Positions 1 through 12,003 of a DNA stretch of 64,000 bases are shown here, in pieces. Below the pieces are notes generated by a model. It was not told the origin of the DNA. It did not search any database and saw only the letters and a program-made list of their open reading frames with translations. Both the position numbers and the translations under genes were made by a program. Position 1 is the stretch's first letter; each line of letters begins with the position of its first letter. This DNA is from Hemiscyllium ocellatum (Eukaryota). The stretch spans positions 20,025,231-20,089,230 of the forward strand of contig NC_083435.1 in NCBI RefSeq assembly GCF_020745735.1. Reading direction: 5' to 3'.

Positions 1-985
1 GACTCATCATTGCTGCCAACAAGACCCACTAACATCGTGTCACCAGTGAACTTAATACTCTGATTCGAGTTGTGCATCACTGCACAGTTGTGTGTCAGCA
101 GAGTGAACAGCAATGGACTGAACACACAACTCTGGGGGGTCCCCGTGCTCAGTGTAATGGTGTTAGAGATGTTGTTCCCAATCTGGATTGAATGAGCTCT
201 CCCAGTCAAAAAGTCCAGGATCCAGTTACAAAGGGAGTTATTCAAGCCTAGCAGACTCAGCTTTCCAATCAGGTGCTGAGATATCATAGTGTTAAATGCA
301 GAACTGAAGTCTACTAACAGTAATCTGACCTCAGTGTCCTTCTTGTCCAAGTGGGTGACAGCCAGATGAAGGGTAGTGGAGATGGCATCATCTGTTGAGC
401 TTTTGGGATGATATGTGAACCGTAGGGTTTCCAGTGAGGGGGGCAGCAGGGCCTTAATATGCCTCATCACGAGCCACTCGAAACATTTCATGATGATGGG
501 TATTAGCGCAACAGGCTGGTAGTTGTTGAGGCATGACTTCTTCAGCATGGGGATGATGGTCGCAGCCTTGAAGTGCATTGGACCTATGGTGCAACTCAGG
601 GAGATGTTAGAAATGTTTGCGAGAACATCCACCAGGATGTTAGAGCTTTCTCTGAGCACTCTACCAGGGATGCTATCTGGCCCAGCAGCCTTACATGGGT
701 TGATTTTTGCATAGAGTTTTCCTCGCGTCAGCCGTGTTAAAACACAACACCTGGTCATTGGGGGAGTGGGGATGATCTTCCTCACTGCCACATCATTTCA
801 TGCCTCAATCCATGTATAGATGTTGTTCAACTCATCCAGGAGGGAGGCATCATCAGCACAAGCAAGCAATGCTGTTCTCTGGTAGGTAATGGCCTGAATA
901 TACATGTTCTGCATATCGCCGCTGTCCTGAATAAGGCTGTGTATGCTAGGTGAATATGCATGCTTTGCCTCTTTGATGCCTGGGA
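1..985 (-). mobile_element. Rex1/Babar-type non-LTR retrotransposon, decayed reverse transcriptase fragment (runs off the window start)
   Basis: Minus-strand translation gives [38 protein letters not shown]...[12 protein letters not shown]...[23 protein letters not shown]...IKFTGDT, matching Rex1-type RT motifs (DFSSAFNT, GxPQGCVLSPLLF, KFADDT). Confidence 0.85.
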
Positions 986-1054
986 CAGTTTGGCCCTCCC
1001 TGTTGTTGGGGCAGTTTTGTCAACTGCTCTAAAGCCAGATGACTTAGTGAATTT

Positions 1055-2130
1055 GAAGTGTATGTCCTATTTCCAGGACCACAATTTCCCCTCCCACAGT
1101 GTCAACAATGCCCTCCAGCATACCTCCTCCACTTCCCGCACAGCCGCCCTTGAACCCCATCCCTCCAACCGAAACAAGGATACCTGCCCTCCTCAGTCCT
1201 CACCTTCCACCACTTATCTCTGGATACAACACATTATCCTCTGCCATTTCTGCCACCTACAGTCAGACCCCACCACTAGGGATATATTTCCCTCCCTACT
1301 GCAGAGACCACTCCCTTTGCTGCGCCTTCATTAGGTCCAAGCCCCCCACCAACCCAACCTCCACATCTGGGACCTTGCCCTGCCACTGCAAGATGTGTAA
1401 ATGCTGCATTCACACCTCCCCCTTCACTGCCCTCAAAAGCCCCAAAGGATCCTTCCACATCCAACAGAGATTTCTGTGCACATTCACACATCTCATCTAT
1501 TGTGTCCATTGCCCTCGATGTGCCTCCTCTACATTGGGGAGCTAGGGCGCCAATTCATCAAATGTTTCAGGGAGCATCTCTGGGATACATGTACTAAACA
1601 ACCCCACTGCCCTGTGGCTGACCAATTCAACTCCACCCACCACCCCCCACCCCCTACCCCCACCCCTCAACCTTGCTCGACCAAGCACATGCAAGCCCTG
1701 GGCCTCCTCCACTGCCAAATCCAAGCCACTCAACCAGGAAGAACACCTCATCTTCTGCCTTGGATCTGCCAACCACATGGCATCAGCGTCGATTTCACAG
1801 GTTTTTTCATTTCCCCTCCCTCCCACCTCATTCTAGATGTAACTCTCCAACTTGGCACTCCCCTCTTGAACTGTCCTACCTGTTCATCTTCCTTTCACCT
1901 ATCTGCTCCACTCTCCTCTCCAAACTATCAGTACCACCCCTCCACCTCCATCCACCCCATATCACTTTTCCAGCTATATTCCCTCCAGACCCCATCCCTA
2001 CCCTCCTACTGATCTCTCAGCACACTCCCCCCCACCCCGCAAATTCTTGATGAAGGACTTGTACCCGAAACATTGATTCTCCTGCTCCTTGGATGCTGCC
2101 TGACTTGCTGTGCTTTTCCAGCGTCACACT
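1055..2130 (+). mobile_element. Penelope-like element, 3' part (GIY-YIG endonuclease plus terminal repeat), frameshifted
   Basis: Overlapping ORFs 960/1099/1401 give ...LIYCVHCPRC / LLYIGELGRQF...FREHL...PVADQFNS; terminal TTGATGAAGG...CGAAAC...CTGCCTGACTTGCTGTGCTTTTCCAGC is shared with other copies in the window. Confidence 0.85.
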
Positions 2131-2454
2131 TAACTTAGGTATGAAAAATTAACCATGCAGCTTAGTTAATGGTATAGATGGATTACTTGAGTTGAAGAGT
2201 TAAAGAGGAAGAATAGGGAAAAAAAAACTCTATTCGAGGAAGGGCAAACATTCTCCCAGCTTCTGTTAAATGCATCTCGAAAAACAGATTTTGATATCGA
2301 AAGTTATTTGCCTTTAATTACTGCTTCAGTGGCTTAAATCAGACAGCACTTTTAGAAAAGTCATTTTATTTATGTAGAAGGCATCGTGGAATTAGAAGTC
2401 AGGGATGCTCCTTCAGTTCACTGAAGTAGCTTGTTGAACTTTGCATTGAATAAC

Positions 2455-3365
2455 ACAGAATCACAAAATTGGCATAGCTGAAAAGCAGGCTATTCAGTCT
2501 AATTTATGTTAGGTTTCGAATGACAAATGCATTTTGTGCCATTCACTTATTCGCACTCCACCACCTGCCGTGCTTTTGTACATATTCCTTTTCAAATACT
2601 CCTCTCATTACCTCTCCATCGGTTGTATGAAACCTGTTGCTATCATACTCAGACAGCACTTTTTAGATTTTGACTACTCATTTGAAAATATTACTCCTTA
2701 TCTCATTGTTCCTTTTGTAAATTACTTTAAATCTGTGCCCTCTTTATCTCGATATTACTACAAGTTTGCATTGCTTCTTTTTCCCTGTCTATTTCATCCA
2801 GAACTCTTGATTTTGAAGACCTCTCAAATCTCCTCTCATCTTTCTTTACTCAAAGAAAAATTGCCCCATATTCTCCCATCTATCTATATAACTGAAATCC
2901 CCATCATGGAACAAATTTGGTGAATTTTTTATTGTCACTTGTAATCAAGCACAGAAGTACAGGAACACAGTGAAGTTTACAGTGTCTTCTTAAGTACCAA
3001 GTACCTAGGTACAAATCGTTGATGCAAAAAGAGGAATCAAGAAGAAAAAAGTTCCATTACCTTAGTGATTCACAGTATAACTTAGAAATAAGACATTGTT
3101 AAATGAATAATCATTGCAGTCAGATAAATAGGTTACAGATAAACATTACATTGCAGTAGATCAGCATAGGGGTTTCTAAACATGGTCTGACCAGCTTCAC
3201 AAACCACTGAATGCCCGCAACGGACCCCAGTCCAACAACATGCCTTCTTCTGGACTCTGCCTGATCTTTACACATCTTTTCTAAAGTGTGACACCCAGAA
3301 GTGGGCGAAATGTTTTTGTTGAAGCTGAACCAGTGTGTTATACAAGTTTACCGGAACCTCTTTGA
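2455..3365 (-). mobile_element. Old CR1-like LINE 3' remnant interrupted by a short insertion (~2930-3270)
   Basis: Degenerate CR1 3'-end wording (aatcctcctctcatctt..., acacccagaagtggg...); the insert begins tttattgtcac like the 10290 insert. Confidence 0.45.
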
Positions 3366-3897
3366 TAGATAGTTAGGTAGATAAGTAAATGATGTAGGCC
3401 ATTCTTATCATCTTGTTTTGGAGGTGTACATTGCATATTAATGACACAAAATTGGAGGGTGCATTCAAGGCAACTACACTTTATCACTTGGTTTCTATTG
3501 TTATAATGTTTAAATTGTTAATAATACTCACACTGACAAATCCCAATCCATGTTTCAGTGGCTTAATTTTGCTGAGCAATGGACAGGACTGGGTAGTCAG
3601 ATAGCTAGCTAGACTATCCTATTTCATTTCCTGGCTGCAGTAACACCTTAAATTCAAACAGGATAGTGCTATTCCTGATTCCCATTCTACCTCATGTACA
3701 ATTTATCATTACTCATTTCTTTAAATGTGACAAACCTGAAAGTGTCCATTTCTTAAGCCAATATTTAGTCCTAGCAATCCTGAGAGCAGAAAGATCCACT
3801 GACGCTGAATGCAATGTCAGTAATTTGCAATTGTGTATTTCATTTACATTATATGGTGACTGAAGGAGTAAGGGACACAAGTGCATTGAGTGATAAT

Positions 3898-4066
3898 GAT
3901 CTGAGCTGAAAATGTGTTGCTGGAAAAGCACATGTGTTCCTGAAGAAGGGCTCATGCCCGAAACGTCGATTCTCCTGCTCCTTGGATGCTGCCTGACCTG
4001 CTGCGCTTTTCCAGCAACACATTTTCAGCTCTGATCTCCAGCCTCTGCAGTCCTCACTTTCTCCCC
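3898..4066 (+). mobile_element. Penelope terminal-repeat (pLTR) fragment with an inverted partial copy
   Basis: Perfect 27-bp inverted repeat 3903-3929 / 4005-4031 flanking CTGAAGAAGGGCTCATGCCCGAAACGTC; same sequence as the end of the 1055-2130 element. Confidence 0.85.
3940..3967 (+). ncRNA. Minimal type-I hammerhead ribozyme core (Penelope-associated)
   Basis: CUGAAGA-(A)-GGGC/UCAU/GCCC-GAAA-CG-UC: both conserved boxes, a 4-bp stem II, palindromic ACGU in place of stem III, and a GUC cleavage triplet. Confidence 0.6.
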
Positions 4067-4670
4067 TGATAAGGATCTGAAGCTCAGTTTCTTTGAGTGT
4101 GTTGAAAATGCACAGCTTGGAATATTTCATAACAGAAATTGGCTGTGTCTTTCTGGGAAACATGTACTAGGCTACAGTGATAGACAGGGAAATAGATTGA
4201 CTGGGTTTTACTTTGAGCAGACACATTCTAAACGTCCTAATTATATGCTATGATGACTCCATATGATTCATTGCCTTTAAGATGACTTATTTAGCTTTTG
4301 ATTATATGTTATTAATAATAGGCATTATTAGTCTAATTTAGTATTTCATGTTAGCTTCAACAGCATAGAAAGCATTTGAATTGCTAGTTTAAAATGGATT
4401 ATATATTCTTTCACTTTACAAGCATATTGTGCTGTTGATGTGTTGATAGTCTTGAATTATAATAAAGAATAATTAAATATTCAACTGTTATTAATCATCA
4501 TTCTGTCTCTTTTCCTGTGTAATTTATTTGAAGAGTGAAAAATGATCAGACGCAGTTGATAGTTTTGTGTGCTAAAGAGAATGCAAAGAACAGGGAATTT
4601 TTCAGACAACCAAATTATCAGTTACGGTTGCTGAACTCATTATCAATTACTTTCTCCATTAATTTATTAG

Positions 4671-4694
4671 TCAAAAGTCCTTCAGAAATGGAAG
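4671..4694 (+). CDS. Candidate micro-exon, 24 nt, phase 1-1 (xKSPSEME)
   Basis: tttctccattaatttattag|TCAAAAGTCCTTCAGAAATGGAAG|gtaaga; strong donor, frame-preserving. Confidence 0.55.
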
Positions 4695-4869
4695 GTAAGA
4701 TGCACATAATAGTGGTGAATTTATTGTTTAGAATACGCATAGACTTATTGGTCAAATTTATCAGCATATAAAATACCAGACAGCTTAGTATAATTTTATG
4801 AATTAGTAGGTCAAATTCTGACAGACATATATGAACAGATTGTTAGAATGATTGAGTTGTGAAATAGTT

Positions 4870-5480
4870 GCAGGACAGAGAAACGACATTTATCTCTTCA
4901 TATCTGTAATTGCTCTTTGAAGTCTTATTTTACCTTGTGCTACTCCCCCATTTCCTCCTCACTTACACATTATTCCTCTTCAAATAACTGTCCAATTCCC
5001 TCTAGAATGCCTCAACTGAACTAGCCTGCACCACAATCTTGAGTCATTATTTCAAGTCCTAAACATTCATTGATGATAAAAAGTTTATCCCTTTTGCTGC
5101 AATTACTCTAACTATGTGGCCTCTGCTTCTCAATCCTTTCATTGATGGAAATAATTTATTCCTGTATATTTTGTTCAGGCACCTCATAATTTTGAATACC
5201 TCTAATAAATCTCTTCTCAAACTTGTAGTTTCCAAGGAAACCTGTCTCAACATAACCAATTACTGATTTTTCATTTTCTTGAATTCTTCATATCCTTCTG
5301 AAGGCCTAGGCAATGATCCTATTGAGGTTCATCAGTGTTTTGCACAAGTTTAATATAACTTTCTTCATTTTATACTCTACTCCTCAGTTTTTTGTATTGT
5401 GTATGCTGTGGCAATTTATGCACATATAATCCAGGCTAATCTTCTGCTGCGTCTTTTAGAATTGTAACCCTTATTTTAAA
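4870..5480 (-). mobile_element. CR1 LINE 3' end, decayed
   Basis: ORF 5059-5259(-) LRRDLLEVFKIMRCLNKI...GLRSRGH is the CR1 ORF2 C-terminus motif. Confidence 0.75.
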
Positions 5481-5559
5481 ATTGTCTCTCTTCATTCTGC
5501 TTCTTTGTGATTTTCTTGCAAGTTTGTTCACCTTGATCCATCTGTGTCGATCCCCTATA

Positions 5560-6240
5560 GACTAAACAAGTTGCTTCATCAATTACCTTCCCTCCATTTA
5601 ATGTCAGAAAGAGATGTTTACTGATGATCACAAATGTTAACCATTCACAACTCCTCAGAATTTGAAGCAGTCCATGTTCAAATGCAGCATTATCTGGACA
5701 ATATTCAGGCTTGGGTTGAAACACAACAAATAACATTTGTAACACACAAATACCAGACAATAACCAATTCCAATAGGAGACAATCTAACAACCACCCATT
5801 GATATTCAGTGATATCATTATCAATGAAATCCCAACTATCAACATCCTGGAGCAGGGTTACAAATGAGCAGAAATTCAGCTGGATTTGCCATTTGACTAT
5901 AATGCCAACAAGAGAGGGTCAGAGCCTGGAATTCTGTGGCAAGTAACTCACCTCCTTACTGACCAAACCTGACCACCATCTAAAATGCACAAGTCAGAAG
6001 TGTGACAAAATACTCCCTACTTGCCTAGATGAGTGCAGCTCCAACAATATTCAGGAAGCTTGACACCATCCAAGACAAAGCTGCCTGCTTGATTGGTATC
6101 AGAATCACAATCATCCACTAACTCCCCAAGAGGCAGCAGGGGTGTATTATATACAAGACACACTAGAAATTTACTTCCAAAGATACTTCCAAACCTTCCG
6201 TCTAGAAGAACAATGGCAACAGATCGATGGGAACCTCATA
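5560..6240 (+). mobile_element. Second non-LTR LINE family (CR1/L2 group), RT C-terminus and 3' end
   Basis: ...LDNIQAW...AQVRSVTKYSLLA.MSAAPTIFRKLDTIQDKAACLIG; homologous to 57480-58070 and 62740-63540. Confidence 0.7.
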
Positions 6241-7636
6241 CCCACAAGACAGGAATAATTACAATCCAATTCAGCTCTTCTCTGGGTTTCGTCTCCATTA
6301 TTACAACTTCACATTTCAATATATTCTGCATCCACGCCTCACTAGCCTTATTTGCCACACTCCATGCACTTACATACATGAATAATACTCATTTGAATGT
6401 TATTACATCCCCCTTATACTGAAATAACTTACAATTTTCCTATTCCCAATTCTAATATAATTCAATAATCCATCCCCACCCGAGTCCAATAGCAGTAACT
6501 AATCAGCCCAAAAGGAAGCTGTTCTGGCTCTGGTTAAATGGAATCTATCTAGCTTATAAAGCTCCCAATGCTCCTTGAATTTCCACCAAAATCCTAGGAA
6601 TCTGAATCGCTCTCTTCAGCACAATCTTTCCAGTCACTCATTAACCTATTTTAGTCTTCCATTTCTATGCATACTGTCACTGACAATTTAGAGATTGTGA
6701 ATTGGATTTCCTGTTTCTAATTTAAAACCCAGATGGCCAAATTTAAATGCAAGACTAAGGCGGTGCACCATTCAAGGAATAACAAAGACCAGTGAGCTCT
6801 TACAGTTCCCAGTATCCAAACTGTATCCCACCACCTATTTACTTTTCTCAAGACAGGCACTCAAAGATTATCTTTAGTGGTGATCATCCTGGGTATTTGT
6901 TCCACATTCAGATTTGCAGGATTCACATGCCCAGGTATATGAAATTTAAGGACATTGGGAGGATGCAATTTTGCAGGCTATAGCTTGCAAATATTGTGGG
7001 GCTGCATTGCTGGGCATCATGAAATCCAGCAAGATTCAACTTGTACTAAGTGCTACATGCATTGATAGCAACGTAGATATCATGGCTACAACAACTTGTC
7101 ATGGCAGCATTTGGAAGGGGGAAAATCAGTCATTGGTCACCACCATTTAAGCTGTAGGTTAGGTTTTCATTCAAGACATGAGAAACTCGATAAGAATTAA
7201 AAAGATAGATTATGTTGATATGTCAGATGGAAATGGAAATGAATACATCTCATTCCTGACATTTTCTTTCATTGATCAGTACTTCTTTGTCAAATTATTT
7301 TTATCAACTTAACCCATCAGCCACATAACTTGACTAAGGTTAGGAAGAAAAAGGATAAGTAGAAGAAGATATGGAATCCATTGCATAAAATGTATTGAAA
7401 GTACACTCAACAATAATGTTTCAAATAGAATTGAGGACAAAGAATGCAAAGCAAGGGCAGAATTTTGAGAAAAGAGCAGGGGATATAAAATAATTGGATA
7501 AATCTTTCAACGAGTCAGCACACACATGATGGACAAATCATCTCTTGTGAAGTAGCAATCTATGATTCTCTGGATATATGATGATGTCTTTCAGAAACAA
7601 ATTATTTTCTGATCAATACAATTACCACATTTCTAG

Positions 7637-7663
7637 GGGGAAGGAGACTGTGTAAATCTGCAG
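7637..7663 (+). CDS. Candidate micro-exon, 27 nt, phase 1-1 (GGRRLCKSA)
   Basis: ccacatttctag|GGGGAAGGAGACTGTGTAAATCTGCAG|gtacga. Confidence 0.5.
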
Positions 7664-8050
7664 GTACGATAATTTATTTTATCTATTTTTTTACTACACT
7701 ACTTAAACAATATTATTTTAACTGGGATATAATCATTTATAAGTTAATATACTGACAATATCTTAAGAAAACAATGGTTTCTGCTTGTGCTGTCCACAGT
7801 ACGTTGCCTTTGTCAATATTTTCTAGATCTTGTAGCGCTGGCATTCAAAATATCACATTGATGATAACAAACTCTTTTTTTAAATTTTGTGATGCAACTG
7901 TTAAATCATTAGATTTAGGGTAACCAGTCGTTTTGCATGAAAATTGATATAAAGAACATTGACAGTTTGTGTGGAAGATAGAATCGCTGCCAAAATAATT
8001 TTGTTCGAAATATGGTGGTTCAGGAAGAATTTCTTTAATTTGCCTTACAG

Positions 8051-8101
8051 CATCTAGGATCAATGACAGCATAGTTTTACTAAGTAGGATTTCAGAGCTA
8101 G
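8051..8101 (+). CDS. Weak candidate exon, 51 nt (or 33 nt ending at 8083), phase 1-1 (ASRINDSIVLLSRISEL)
   Basis: ttctttaatttgccttacag acceptor; donors TAA|gtagga or TAG|gtatct are both frame-preserving but weak. Confidence 0.3.
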
Positions 8102-10289
8102 GTATCTCAGGATTCAGATGTCCCAGATATCATCAGAATACAACCTTACCACTAGATTCCAATTTGAGGATGCTTCTCAGACTCTGCTTCACACTGGCAG
8201 TCAAATACTTGTGTTCACTAATGAATGGGGACCTCATTTCTTTTGAGCTCCATTCCCTCCTGGTGGAACAAATACATTTTTCAACTTCTAGCTCTGTAGT
8301 TGCTGTTTTGCAGAACGACAACTTAAGATAAGAGATGCAGATATGTGATAATGTTTATTATCCTTCTGTTAAAATTCAGATTGGTGAAGTTGTACCATGC
8401 TTCTTTTAATATTTATCCACTCTCTTCAATGATCTTTCTTCTCCTTGCTTAAATATTTCAGATTGGAATTTGTTGGGCTGGATTAGCAGAATCAATTTTA
8501 TTTCATGTTGTAAAAGCCACTTCTATTGATGAAACTTACAAATATTTCCCAACACAGCTTTAATGGTTACATCTGAGTTGATACCCTCAAAGTCCACAGG
8601 ACTGCCAGCCATTTTGTCAGAGTGTATTTGAATTTGCTTGAACCCACAAGTCTTCAATTCCTTAATGAAGTGGTATATGGGCACCTTAGACATCCTAAAC
8701 AAATACATACTCAGAAATGGCCAAAGATGTATCAGTTTGGAGTCACCAACACAAGGTGCACACACAGTCACCCTGAACAACGGTTGTTCTGAAGCAGCAT
8801 ATAGTTATACATGATAGGTCCCTGTCAGGGGTGCAATTTTCTTTGATCTGGGTGATTTAACAGCTACCCAGATGTAATTATGAACACTCTGCTATGTTGC
8901 ATGAACCATCTTATGCTTCTCTCTTGCTGTTATTCTGCATCTGAAATAACTCCACAGAGGCTAGTATCCTGTCACCAAGTCACCTTTTATTTACATTGCA
9001 TTGTACATGAAATGGGTCTGGTTTTCTCTACAGGCAGTTCTCAGAGTGAACAGAACCTAAGTATATGTGACAACCAGAGCTCCTGGATTGGACAGGCCCA
9101 ATCAATTAACTCATATTTTATGATGTCATCTTGCAGTACCTTATTACATTCACCACATTAATATGAACTTTTCCAGCTGTCCCAACCTTGAGTTGCAGCT
9201 TTTGTTGCTTCTGCCGTCATAGCATTAGTGGCTCCACACTCTGATGCAGTCTTCATCTACAATGCCCCTCCAATGCTTGTGAATCCAGCAAAGTTTGAGG
9301 GATAAGCCCCATCTGTGGACAACACCTTTTAGTCGCAGCATATGGCTTTTTTTCGCTCAGCTTCTCAGAGATTCTTTTCTCAATGACAGGTCCTCTGCTC
9401 TGTTTCTCAGACTTGTCACATCACTTTGCAGCTTTGTCCATGAGTCTCTCATAGCTGTTTCCCTCCTTCAAATATTTCAGTAGCTTTCTCTCTCCACTTT
9501 GCCCCTTCCTTGCAATACACATTCCCACAAAGCTTTGTGTTATCCACAAATTTTGAAGAATCGCATTTGATCCCCATTTCTAAATGTACATATAGTGAAC
9601 AAAGAGTGATTCTTGTCATCTTATTGTACATCTTGTAACAGCCTGCCAATGCATGATGAGCATTTATTTCTACACTCTAGCCGACAGATACAAAACAATA
9701 ATTAATCCAAGCCAGTACATTATCTCCTATTCCATGTGCTTTCATTTTTCTAATCAGTCTCCTGTGGGGCACTTTGTAAAAAGCTTTTGAAAATCTAATA
9801 TTCTATTATATTCAATGGCTGTCCTTTCTTAATTTCTCCTCATAACATTTTCAAAACGTCTAACATGTTTATCAAAAATGATATCTCTTACAAATTCATG
9901 CTGATTATGCTCTGTCAGTTCATTATTAACCAGGGGTCTATTTCTCCCATCTTTTAGAAGTTCTAGCATTTTCTCTATTAATGATGGAAAGCTAGAAAGT
10001 CTATAGTCCCCTGTTTTCTCATCCCTTCTCAATTAGTAGCGGGAAATTGGGTCCTTCCAATCATTAGTCATTCTCGAATCTAAAGAATTTTGAAAGATAA
10101 CCACCAATGCATCGACTAACTCCTTCAGCACTTTGGTGTGAAGACCATTGGGGTTTATCAAATTTCAATGTTTGTTTCTCCAGTGCATTCTTTTCATTAA
10201 TGTTAGCTCCTTCCAACTTTTTATCATTCTTTACCGGTTGGATCTCCACTGACAGATGTCTGGTAGCTTCCTTACTAATTTGATTTGAC

Positions 10290-11205
10290 TTATTTATTGT
10301 CACATCTGTTTTGTTACAAAGTACAGTGAAAGGTGTTGTGTAGTGTTGCCATTCCCCAGTGCCATCTTAAAACACAAGAGGTAGAATACAAAGGCAGAAA
10401 AATGAAGAATTAAAGGAAAAGTGTTCAACTTTACAGTTCTTCTTGTTAAGTGGTCCACAAATGGGCATGGCCTGGTAGACAGGCATGAGTCCTCTTCACT
10501 GTGCCATCACTGCTAAAACAAAGGTCAACACTATTCAGAGCCATCTTGCCTCTACCAATGCCCACACCACTATGAATCCTTGATATCCTCACCAGTGCAG
10601 ACACCACCAATGCCACTGGTGGTTGAAATTTGGCTCGTCTGCCACTGCCATGAATCCACTTCAGGTCCACCTCACTGATGTAGCTGCTGCTGATGTTGCA
10701 GCATCTTGGACTGAGCCCAAACTCACCTCTGCCACTGCATCTATTAATCTGCGTTGGATGCATACATGACTGAGAACTCAAACTTGCTTCCACCAGAGTG
10801 GCCATGAGTCAGCACTAGGACCATCTCGTTGATGCAGAAGCCTCTGGGAACCCAAACTTGCTTCCACTGCTGCCACGAATCTGCACTGCTGGGCCTTCTC
10901 AAGTCTGTGCTGGGCCTACTTGAGTCTGTGCTCAACTTATCCAAGTCCGTGCGAGGCATATTTGAGTCTGTGCTGGGCCCACTGAGTCGGTACTGGGTCC
11001 ACTCGAGTCCATGCTGGGCCTACTTGAGTCTGCACTGGGCTCACTCGCCAACACCAATGCAGCCACCGCTACAGAGCTCTTTTAACAAGGGGTACGTACA
11101 TAAAAGAGAAACAAAAGGAAAGAGCAGCAAGAAAATAGAGAAAAGAAATGAAAAGAAATGCAGATGAAGCAGATGAGCCCTGGGCTCAAAAACACATTTC
11201 CACTG
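10290..11205 (-). mobile_element. Non-autonomous insertion with a LINE-like 3' tail and an internal minisatellite
   Basis: Begins tttattgtcacat...gtacagtgaaag (reverse complement of a ...tttcactgtac...atgtgacaataaa tail); interrupts the CR1 copy. Confidence 0.45.
10886..11047. repeat. 21-bp minisatellite, about 7-8 degenerate copies (GAGTCTGTGCTGGGCCTACTT)
   Basis: Directly visible tandem units; produces the ESVLGLL repeats in ORF 10829. Confidence 0.85.
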
Positions 11206-11513
11206 TCGTTTTTAGGGGAGATGTTTGGGAAAACCAACACAGCGGAAGCATTTAGCTTCTTTGTCTAATCTCCACTCACCATTCTAATTTCTCCCAACTC
11301 TGGTGTCAATGGACTCGTATTCATTTGAGTCAAATGTTTTCTTTTCACATGACTATAGATGTTTTCACAATCTACTTTTGTTTTTGCAAAATTGCTTTCA
11401 TATTTTATTGCCCCTTTCCTTTTCAGTTTCATGGTCATTTTTGAATTTTATAAACCTACAAAACCTCACAACATTATAGGCCATTTCTTTTAATCTTAAC
11501 CAATCTTAACCGT

Positions 11514-11835
11514 GGGCGGCACGGTGGCACAGTGGTTAACAGTGCTGCCTCACAGTGCCAGAGACCTGGGTTCCATTCCCGCCTCAGGCGACTGACTGTG
11601 TGGAGTTTGCACATTCTCCCCGTGTCTGCATGGGTTTCCTTCGGGTGCTCCAGTTTCCTCCCACAGTCCAAAGGTGTGCGGGTCAGGTGAATTGGCCATG
11701 CTAAATCGTCCCGTAGTGTTAGGTAAGGGGTAAATGTGGTGGTATGGGTGGGTTGCGCTTTGGCGAGTCAGTGTGGACTTGTTGGGCCCAAGGGCCTGTT
11801 TCCACACTGTAGGGAATCTAATCTAATCTAATCAA
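11514..11835 (+). mobile_element. HE1-type V-SINE, full length
   Basis: tRNA-like head GGGCGGCACGGTGGCACAGTGG...GGTTCCATTCCC, V-domain TGTGTGGAGTTTGCACATTCTCCCCGTGTCTGC, (AATCT)n tail. Confidence 0.9.
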
Positions 11836-12003
11836 TCCTGAACTCGCTTTGTTAGCCACAGTTGACTTATCTTTTTTGAGTTTTTGCAGCTTGAAGGAAT
11901 ATATAGCTGCTGGAAGTTATTCCATTGTGCTTTTAAAACTATTCTTGTGTAGGGAAAATTTGATGATTATAACAAGTGCTTGCCTAACTCCATTCCCACT
12001 ATC

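Noticed and set aside
2377-2403. EGIVELEVR, resembling an Ig V-domain G strand
   Set aside because: In-frame stop shortly upstream, no YxC motif and no suitable donor
8930-9170. Possible solo LTR remnant
   Set aside because: No second LTR, target-site duplication or primer-binding site could be verified in the window
10829-11167. Heptad-like ESVLGLL repeat ORF, or a CRISPR-like array
   Set aside because: A simple 21-bp tandem minisatellite with no unique spacers and no splice context
11514-11590. tRNA gene
   Set aside because: It is the tRNA-derived head of an HE1 SINE
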